A model generated the notes under the pieces. The model saw nothing but the letters and a program-made list of their open reading frames with translations, was not told the origin of the DNA and searched no databases. Of a stretch of DNA of 64,000 nucleotides, positions 57,354 through 64,000 are shown in pieces (the stretch's first letter is position 1; each line of letters opens with the position of its first letter). The DNA is taken from the NCBI GenBank assembly GCA_028714635.1, contig JAQTLZ010000002.1, positions 9,362-73,361 of the forward strand, given 5' to 3'. Source of the DNA: Minisyncoccota bacterium (GTDB lineage: Bacteria > Patescibacteriota > Minisyncoccia > Phycocordibacterales > JAQTLZ01). The position numbers and the translations under genes were made by a program.

Positions 57354-57488
57354 CTATTCTGCGTCGTCCATGAGATCGGCATCGAGGACGTCTTCATCAT
57401 CTTCTTCACCCTCTTCCAGATCCTTATCCTCGTCCACATCTTCCTCTTCTTCGTCATCCTCTAACTCGTCATCATCTTTTCTTGGCAT
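57354..57488 (-). CDS. 44-aa hyper-acidic microprotein (absent from the ORF track)
   Basis: MPRKDDDELEDDEEEEDVDEDKDLEEGEEDDEDVLDADLMDDAE; mixed synonymous codons; alternative in-frame ATG at 57527. Confidence 0.65.
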   Translation of the reverse strand: MPRKDDDELEDDEEEEDVDEDKDLEEGEEDDEDVLDADLMDDAE

Positions 57489-57672
57489 AATGATTGTGTG
57501 GAGAATAGTATCCTCCAGCAAGTTCATTAAAAATTGTTAAAAACGACTTTTTCTCTAAGTTTTTTGAGTAAAAAACTTCTAGACGCCCTATTTGTACCAG
57601 ATTGTATTTTTTTTGCAACTAGTTATTCTTTTAAATCTCTGTGGAAAAGTATTTTTCTTGAAAATCGCTGAT

Positions 57673-58149
57673 TTAAGGCCTATAAACGGCAAAAAAGGTG
57701 AGTCCAACAGCGATAGCATCATACTCATCATCGTGCTTTATTTCTTCTTTTATTTCGAGAAGTTTGGGGAGCATTTGAATAATTTGACGCTTGTCCGCGC
57801 GTCCTGATCCTGTCGTCGCTACTTTAATTTCGGGAGGTGTGAATTCGCGAATCTCAAGGTTATTTTTCGCTGCGATCTGCAAGATTGCTCCATAGCTTTC
57901 AGACACAAGCATCGCCGTTTTTTGATTTTTATTGAAAAAAAGTTTTTCAATAGCGAAAAATTCAGGCTTGTATTCCTTTATGATTTTTTCTATTTCCTCT
58001 CCGATTTGGCGAAGCCGTTCGGGGAAGGGGAATGCCGCTTTAGTTTGGAAACATTCTGAAAAAAGAAGTTTTTCTTTTCCGCGATTTTCTTTTTCGATAA
58101 TAGCAATGCCAAGGCGTTCGTACCCAGGATCAATAGCGAGAACCTTCAT
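57673..58149 (-). CDS. ruvC: Holliday junction resolvase
   Basis: LAIDPG, AIEKLFF, TPPEIK...GSGRADKRQI, DDEYDAIAVG. Confidence 0.95.
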   Translation of the reverse strand: MKVLAIDPGYERLGIAIIEKENRGKEKLLFSECFQTKAAFPFPERLRQIGEEIEKIIKEYKPEFFAIEKLFFNKNQKTAMLVSESYGAILQIAAKNNLEIREFTPPEIKVATTGSGRADKRQIIQMLPKLLEIKEEIKHDDEYDAIAVGLTFFAVYRP

Positions 58150-58154
58150 AATTT

Positions 58155-58685
58155 TTATTCAGCGTTTGTGAAGACTTCCTGCACCTCATCATTTTCTTCA
58201 AGTTCGTCCACCAGTTTTTCAAGTGTAGCGATATCAACATCTTCAAGGGGAACAGTTGTCTGTGCTTCCCATCCTGTGCCGACTTTTTTGAATGCCCACG
58301 TTGCTGCGCCGATGCCGGCAAGCGATGCCCCGTATTTAGAAAGAATAAATTTTATTTCTTGCGCCGCCTTGTTTCTATTATCGGTAAGCGCTTCAATGAT
58401 TATCGCGCATCCGCCCGGCCCGTATGATTCATACGTGATCGAATCCATAGCTGCGCTTTTATCAGTCGAAGCTTTCTTCAAAGCCCGATCAATAGTGTCG
58501 TTCGGCATATTTGCCGCTTTCGCTCTATCAATAACAGCCTTTAAAGACGGAGAATTCAAATTTCCCCCTGCCTTTTTGGCTTCAATAACAAGCAAGCGGC
58601 CGAATTTTGAAAACATTTTGCTCTTTTTTGCATCTGAAACACCTTTCTGTCTCTTGATCTGGCTCCATTTGTTATGACCTGACAT
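58155..58685 (-). CDS. yebC: YebC/PmpR family protein (short form)
   Basis: MSGHNKWSQIKRQKG, YESYGPGG, TDNRNKA, DEVQEVFTN. Confidence 0.93.
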   Translation of the reverse strand: MSGHNKWSQIKRQKGVSDAKKSKMFSKFGRLLVIEAKKAGGNLNSPSLKAVIDRAKAANMPNDTIDRALKKASTDKSAAMDSITYESYGPGGCAIIIEALTDNRNKAAQEIKFILSKYGASLAGIGAATWAFKKVGTGWEAQTTVPLEDVDIATLEKLVDELEENDEVQEVFTNAE

Positions 58686-58697
58686 ATATATTCATTA

Positions 58698-59726
58698 TTA
58701 TAATAATTTGTTTTGCAAATGCGAGGGTGCGTCTATATTTAAATGTCCGTAGGCTTTGATTGTTGCGGTTCTTCCACGAGGAGTTCTTTCAAGAAAGCCG
58801 AGTTGAATTAAATATGGTTCGTTGAATTCTTCGATAGTCGCTTCTTCTTCGGAGAGCGCTGCCGATAGCGTGCCAAGTCCCACTGGTCCGCCGGAGAATT
58901 TGTTGATAAGGACATCGATGAGGCTTCTATCCGACGCGAGAAGTCCTCGTTCGTCTACGCCAAGAAGTGAGAGCGCCTCCATGACAGTATTTTTATCGAG
59001 CGCTTTTTTCCCAACCTGGGCAAAATCTCGGCATCGTTTCAGAAGATAGTTCGCAGTTCGCGGAGTGAACCGGCTTCGTTTCGCGATTTCTTTTATGCCG
59101 TCTTCATGAATTTCGACACCGAGAATTTTTGCAGAGCGTTTCAGAATTTCCCCGATTTCTTTTTCCGTATAAAACTCAAGGCGGAAAATTCCTCCTGAAA
59201 AACGGGAGCGCAAGGGCGATGAGAGAAGTGCGACGCGAGTAGTGGCCGCAATGAGCGTAAATGGAGGCAGATCAAGCTGAATTGTGCGTGCTGAAGGGCC
59301 TTTGCCGATAATAATATCGAGCGAGCCCGCCTCCATTGCGGGGTAAAGCATTTCTTCGACGGTCTTATTGAGCCGGTGGATCTCATCTATGAAGAGAATG
59401 TCTCCGGGAGAGAGGTTGGTGAGAATCGAAGCAAGGTCGCCTACTTTTTCGATTGCTGGGCCAGAGGTAATTTTCATCTGGGCAGAGATTTCTTTCGCGA
59501 TGAGGTGCGCAAGCGTCGTTTTCCCAAGTCCCGGGGGTCCGTAAAAGAGGATATGCTCCGGCGGGTGCTTCCTTTCGGCCGCGGCAGAGAGGAGAACCTG
59601 CAAATTATCCTTAATATTTTTCTGTCCTATGTATTCTTGCCAGCGGGAAGGCCGAAGCGTCTGGTCCAGAAAGCCACTTTCTTCTTTTATTTCGCCTTTT
59701 TCATTTTTTTTCTGTTCTTTTTTCAT
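58698..59726 (-). CDS. ruvB: Holliday junction branch-migration helicase
   Basis: LRP...EYIGQ, GPPGLGKTTLA, FIDEIHRL, RTPRGR. Confidence 0.97.
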   Translation of the reverse strand: MKKEQKKNEKGEIKEESGFLDQTLRPSRWQEYIGQKNIKDNLQVLLSAAAERKHPPEHILFYGPPGLGKTTLAHLIAKEISAQMKITSGPAIEKVGDLASILTNLSPGDILFIDEIHRLNKTVEEMLYPAMEAGSLDIIIGKGPSARTIQLDLPPFTLIAATTRVALLSSPLRSRFSGGIFRLEFYTEKEIGEILKRSAKILGVEIHEDGIKEIAKRSRFTPRTANYLLKRCRDFAQVGKKALDKNTVMEALSLLGVDERGLLASDRSLIDVLINKFSGGPVGLGTLSAALSEEEATIEEFNEPYLIQLGFLERTPRGRTATIKAYGHLNIDAPSHLQNKLL

Positions 59727-59760
59727 TCCTTATCAATAGTGTACCACAGAGTATGAGGCA

Positions 59761-59789
59761 TTGACATTAAAACTAATTCATGCTAGTAT
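59761..59789 (+). promoter_or_regulatory. sigma70 promoter with no downstream ORF
   Basis: TTGACA-17 bp (with TG)-TAGTAT. Confidence 0.7.
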
Positions 59790-59795
59790 GGTGCC

Positions 59796-60030
59796 AGTTC
59801 CGAAAAAAAGATTTTGTTTGAAAAGCCAGTCAAAAACTCAACTTTAGGCTCGTATCGAGTGCATAAATCTCTAAGCAATTAAACCTCACCGTTTATTAGT
59901 ATCCTTCGAGGACTTTCTGGTCTGAACTTCGGTTCATCTCTGGGAAAATCCTTAGAGGGTATATTTAACTTTTTATAGCTTGCTATAAAAAGAATTGCTT
60001 GGAGATTTCTGAATTCGATCTCTTTCTTCT
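59796..60030 (+). ncRNA. Putative standalone structured ncRNA
   Basis: AAATCTCTAAGCAATT/AATTGCTTGGAGATTT closing stem around TCCT-TCG-AGGA, TGAAC-TTCG-GTTCA, ATCCT-TAG-AGGGT and CTTTTTATAGC-TT-GCTATAAAAAG. Confidence 0.55.
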
Positions 60031-60099
60031 GTTTTCAATACTACTCCTCTTTTTTCATTCTTCCATATTTACAACCCGGAATTTCAATGTCTGGTTGTG

Positions 60100-60139
60100 T
60101 GACAAAAAATCTTCACATGCATGTGAAGATTTTTTGTCA
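60100..60139. terminator. 40-bp perfect palindrome overlapping the pilB stop codon
   Basis: TGACAAAAAATCTTCACATG/CATGTGAAGATTTTTTGTCA. Confidence 0.7.
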
Positions 60140-61813
60140 AGAAACCATTTTTATTTCAATCACCCTCTGTAATTCAGGAAGGGAAGTTACTCCTTGGAGT
60201 ACTTTTATCACCCCATCCTGCTCCAAAGTGAGAAGTCCTTGCGGAGCTGCCGCAGCGCGGATCTCCCGTTCGCTTGGATTTTCTTCCACCACTTTCTCGA
60301 TTGCCTGATCAGTAAGGATTGCCTCGTAAATTCCGATTCGTCCTTTATATCCGGTTCCGTTGCATTTTTCACAGCCTACCGCTTCCCAAATTGTTTTCGC
60401 TTCAATTTTATTTTCAGCCGAGACGATGGTCGAAAGAATGTATTTGATAAGTTTTTCGGTTTCGCCTTCAAGCGGGATTTCTTTTTTGCAATTTTGACAG
60501 AGCGTTCGCACAAGTCTTTGGGCTAGAGCAATGTTGATCGCTGAAGTGAGAATTTTTGGATTCACGCCGAGGTCTATGAGGCGGGGGAAAGAGCCCGCAG
60601 CATCGTTGGTGTGAAGTGTCGAGAAGACGAGGTGTCCCGTGAGAGCGGAATTGATAGCAATCTCTGCAGTTTCTGAATCTCGAATTTCACCGACCATGAT
60701 GACGTCGGGGTCTTGTCGCAGTGCGGAGCGAAGTCCTGTGAGGAAGGTGTATCCTTTTTCCGCGTCAGTCTGTGTCTGCACGATTCCGGGCAAGTGATAT
60801 TCAATCGGATCTTCGATGGTGATGATCTTGATTTCCGGACTGTGAATTTTTTTCAGGAATGAATACAAAGTCGTCGTCTTTCCGGAACCAGTAGGCCCAG
60901 TGGTGAGGATCATTCCGTTCGGCTTGGAAATTTCATGTTCGAGTAGTTTCAAAAGTTTCGGCTGAATGCCAAGCTCTTCCATCGGGACATTGATGGTTTT
61001 CGGATTCAAAATACGAAGCACGATTGATTCGCTGTACGCTCCGGGCAAGATCGAGGTTCGGATCTCAATATTCTGGGTATCAATATGAACGCTGAATCGT
61101 CCGTCTTGCGCATTCGCTTTAATATTGAGTTTCAATCCCGAAAGAAGCTTTACTCGAGAGAGAAGCAGGGAATAGGTGTCGCGATCAAAGGTGAGAATGT
61201 CGAGGAGTACGCCGTCGAGTCGGTAGCGAAGGCGCACGTATCCCTCTTCAGGTTCGATATGGATATCGGATGCAGAAGTTGCGAGCGCTCCGGCAACGAT
61301 GATCTCGAGAATTTTTGAAATTCGGTAGCCTTTTTTCTGCACCAACACATCTTCGATGAGTTTTTTGACGTCTCCGATCGTCTTTACATTTTTAAGAATT
61401 GCCGCGATCTCCTCATTTGAGATATCAAGCGCTCCCGCTTTTGTTTCGTAGGCGAAAGAAATGTCTTTGTAGCGCGACCATGCTTTTTCTAGGCTCGCGT
61501 TCGAAACAAGAAATAAGGTGCATTCATATCCGCGGGTTTTGAGCTCCCGTAGCGTTTCAATCGTTTTTTCATTTTGAGGAGCTTGGACGGCAACTTGAAG
61601 TTTTTTCCCCACCATATTGAAGATCGCCACCTTTGCTTCATGAGCTTTTTCTTCCGGCACGATTCCAAGAGCATCGGTATTGATGGAAATTGTGGAAAGA
61701 TCGAGGTAACCCATTTCATATTTTTCAGAAAGTTCCTGAGCGAGTTCTTCCTCCTCGAGTTTATAGAGTTCTTTAACTTTCTTTTTTTGCTTGTCGTCGT
61801 CGAATTCAACCAT
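60137..61813 (-). CDS. pilB: Type IV pilus assembly ATPase, PilB/GspE family
   Basis: ASDIHIEP, GPTGSGKTT, TIEDPIEY, LRQDPD, TGHLVFSTLHTND, CQNC...CEKC. Confidence 0.92.
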   Translation of the reverse strand: MVEFDDDKQKKKVKELYKLEEEELAQELSEKYEMGYLDLSTISINTDALGIVPEEKAHEAKVAIFNMVGKKLQVAVQAPQNEKTIETLRELKTRGYECTLFLVSNASLEKAWSRYKDISFAYETKAGALDISNEEIAAILKNVKTIGDVKKLIEDVLVQKKGYRISKILEIIVAGALATSASDIHIEPEEGYVRLRYRLDGVLLDILTFDRDTYSLLLSRVKLLSGLKLNIKANAQDGRFSVHIDTQNIEIRTSILPGAYSESIVLRILNPKTINVPMEELGIQPKLLKLLEHEISKPNGMILTTGPTGSGKTTTLYSFLKKIHSPEIKIITIEDPIEYHLPGIVQTQTDAEKGYTFLTGLRSALRQDPDVIMVGEIRDSETAEIAINSALTGHLVFSTLHTNDAAGSFPRLIDLGVNPKILTSAINIALAQRLVRTLCQNCKKEIPLEGETEKLIKYILSTIVSAENKIEAKTIWEAVGCEKCNGTGYKGRIGIYEAILTDQAIEKVVEENPSEREIRAAAAPQGLLTLEQDGVIKVLQGVTSLPELQRVIEIKMVS

Positions 61814-61974
61814 CGTAGCTATTAGTGTAGCCTTTTTTTATCTTTCTACAAAGATATTTTCTTGCTTGACTTTTTTCACATTAATGATATAAACATAAAA
61901 GGCAAAAGAGTAACAAGGCGAGAATCCGTGCGGATTCCCTTGATTTTTTTCAACAAATCAACTTCGGAGGAGTT

Positions 61975-62388
61975 ATGGCTCACGGTGGTGACAGTCACAA
62001 ATCCTCCGGAGGCGGAGGCGGAGGAGGCGGAGGGAAAGGAACTCCGGGTATGGGACTTTTCCTTCTTCCAATTTTCCTTTCCATTGTCGGTATCGGCAAG
62101 GGAATTGGCTTCGTGAAGGGAGCCTTTCACCGAGCTCCCATTGTCCAGACCGAAATTCAGGAAGAAGAAGGGGAAGTGGAGGTTGTCACCGAGGGTGAGG
62201 ACACTGCTCTACCAACCGAGAATGAGCAAGGTGTCTTAACTGAGGAGAATACCTACGTAGCTCCCCCTGTTCAGAAGAACCCCACCATCTGGATGGTTCC
62301 CAAAATTCCAAAAGTAAGGGCAGATAATGTTGATGAAGTGAACCGGCTCTCTATTCAGAAGATGAGAGCGCTTCGCAACACAAAATAG
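61975..62388 (+). CDS. Hypothetical single-pass membrane protein with poly-Gly and acidic stretch
   Basis: GGAGGAG SD, own promoter TTGACT..TATAAA, downstream terminator. Confidence 0.65.
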   Translation: MAHGGDSHKSSGGGGGGGGGKGTPGMGLFLLPIFLSIVGIGKGIGFVKGAFHRAPIVQTEIQEEEGEVEVVTEGEDTALPTENEQGVLTEENTYVAPPVQKNPTIWMVPKIPKVRADNVDEVNRLSIQKMRALRNTK

Positions 62389-62569
62389 GCCCAAAAGGAG
62401 CGTTTCGCTCCTTTTTTACTGCTCCGAAGTTCCATTTTTAATAATTAAGCGAGGCTATTGACTTTTTCATACGAAGTGCTATAATGGTAACGGGAAAACA
62501 GATCGAGGAATCCTTGGAGGCAATTTCGCCACGAGGGCAACTCTTCGAACATTTACAGGGAGGTGTACG

Positions 62570-63505
62570 ATGACGGTTCAACAGCGGTCAGCAAAGAAGG
62601 CGCGTTTGGAGCATTTGAAGTCGCGTCTCAGCGATTCCCAGCGTAAATACGCTGATGCTCTGCAAATGGGCGACCATGTCGAGATGCGCAAGGCGGAGGC
62701 GGAGATCGAGTCCGCCAGCAATGAAATCACAGGGCTGAAGGTCATTCTCCAGCCCGCGTGGTGGCGCTGGACGAAGGTCGCAGCGCTCGTCGTGCTCGGC
62801 TTGGCCATCGCATACTTCTTCCGCAACAGTCTCTTCTCGGCCTCAACGGCGAAGGTGGCTGTCGTCAAATTGGAACCGGCGCCTGCCGCTCTGACGGCTG
62901 GCGACAAGACGGCTCCGAAGGGCGATGCGCCGAAGGACGAAGTTGTGGCGAAGGACGACAAGGGCAAGGGCGACGGCAAGGATGCGACTGACAAGCCGAA
63001 AACGGACGAACCGAAAGGTGAGACCGCGACGGCCAAGGACGCAGTCAAGCTCACGCCCGCGACCGCGTCGGACGACGGGAAGACGACTACCATCGACCTC
63101 GATGCCCCCGGCAAACCGCCGGAAAACATCGTTGTTGATGGTGCGGATACCAGCAAGGACCGCAAGGTTTCGCTCGTGAACGGCAAAGTGATCGTCGTGG
63201 TCGCGGGCGACCCGGCCAAGAATCAGGCCGCAGTCAATGGTGAGACGCTTCGGCGGATCGCCTTGACCGATGAAGCCTTGGTCAAAGCCAATCGCAACGC
63301 GTCTCGCTGGCGGGCAACAGCCGGCAACGTAAAAGCGATGAACGCTGAATCCGAAAGGATGATGCGCGTACTTCTCGAGGTGCACGATCCGCTGTTCGAA
63401 CGTGAGAACAAGCTGGTCAAGGATCTCGAGTGCCCGATCGTTGTGACCGAAAAGGACACGAGCGGCGAGAATACGCTGACCCTTCCTGAAACTGGCAAGC
63501 CGTAA
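62570..63505 (+). CDS. Hypothetical GC-rich membrane-anchored protein
   Basis: GGGAGG SD; promoter TTGACT-16-TATAAT; coiled coil, TM, D/K-rich linker, C-terminal domain shared with the next gene. Confidence 0.75.
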   Translation: MTVQQRSAKKARLEHLKSRLSDSQRKYADALQMGDHVEMRKAEAEIESASNEITGLKVILQPAWWRWTKVAALVVLGLAIAYFFRNSLFSASTAKVAVVKLEPAPAALTAGDKTAPKGDAPKDEVVAKDDKGKGDGKDATDKPKTDEPKGETATAKDAVKLTPATASDDGKTTTIDLDAPGKPPENIVVDGADTSKDRKVSLVNGKVIVVVAGDPAKNQAAVNGETLRRIALTDEALVKANRNASRWRATAGNVKAMNAESERMMRVLLEVHDPLFERENKLVKDLECPIVVTEKDTSGENTLTLPETGKP

Positions 63506-63764
63506 AAAGCCGGCCGGTAGTACAGTACAAGTTGAACAAAGAGGAATAAAGAATGGGAGCACAATCTGGTGCTCCTTTTTTCGTATCTTTCGTCACTTTC
63601 GTCTCCTACCCCCGTCTTCTTATGCGGGCACTAGAGGCACTTGACAAAGCAGTGCTTTGTGTGCTATCATTATAGCCAGAAGGACCTTGTGATGTAGAGT
63701 AGAAGTGGAAGTTCAACCGTCAATCATGTCGCTCTGAAGCGGCAAACTTTGGGAGGATTTGAGG

Positions 63765-64000
63765 ATGAAAAGCATCGTTTTCGTACTGTTCGTGTTCGTG
63801 CTCTCGGCCAGTGTGGTCGCGGGCGAAGAAGGTCAGGTTCCCACGACCGTTAATGTTTCGGTCACGGGTGACCCCCTGAAGAACCAGGAGTTGGTGAATG
63901 CGGAGGCAACGAAACGCCTCGCTGAAACTGACGAAGCGCTGGTCAAACAGCGTATCAACGCGCAGAACTGGCGCGCGGCTTACCAAGGGAAGGGGAAGAA
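63765..64000 (+). CDS. Secreted paralog of the 62570 C-terminal domain (3'-partial, absent from the ORF track)
   Basis: MKSIVFVLFVFVLSASVVAG signal, then VTGDPLKNQELVNAEATKRLAETDEALVK; promoter TTGACA..TATCAT at 63641. Confidence 0.7.
   Translation, partial: MKSIVFVLFVFVLSASVVAGEEGQVPTTVNVSVTGDPLKNQELVNAEATKRLAETDEALVKQRINAQNWRAAYQGKGK

Noticed and set aside
57322-57540. Ser-rich + strand ORF
   Set aside because: Antisense shadow of the acidic microprotein; it starts inside a terminator.
59850-60010. RNase P RNA (minus strand contains GAAAGTCC)
   Set aside because: No matching 3' P4 strand and too little sequence after the motif.
62578-63562. Long minus-strand ORFs (213 and 239 aa)
   Set aside because: Shadow frames of a GC-rich gene; the SD, promoter and paralogy all support the + strand.

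Overview
64-kb origin-proximal chromosomal window of a reduced-genome bacterium, most consistent with Patescibacteria/CPR (Parcubacteria-like). This assignment is inferred from the gene complement, not from a database search. Core genes: rny, hup, mutY, yraN, cca, xth, xerC, rpsO-NYN-pnp, comM, pcrA, rsmA, jag-yidC-rnpA-rpmH-dnaA-oriC-dnaN-dciA-like, PBP1A, tyrS, ruvB-yebC-ruvC and pilB. There are four CCA-less tRNAs (Gly-TCC, Pro-TGG, Gly-GCC, Arg-TCG) and a CPR-type VirB4/PrgI/VirB6/pilin secretion cluster at 33-48 kb. Most notable: (1) a ~155-170 bp structured element attached to the 3' ends of two different tRNAs, with a constant covarying scaffold and arms rewritten to match the local tRNA; (2) five wHTH/TrmB-like regulators, each on an apparently leaderless mRNA and divergent from unrelated orphan genes, most of which carry a Shine-Dalgarno site; (3) an HTH-LAGLIDADG-like gene whose stop codon lies inside tRNA-Gly; (4) two unannotated multibranch RNAs; (5) parS sites written into the yraN coding sequence. 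All calls come from reading the sequence; no searches or folding programs were run.
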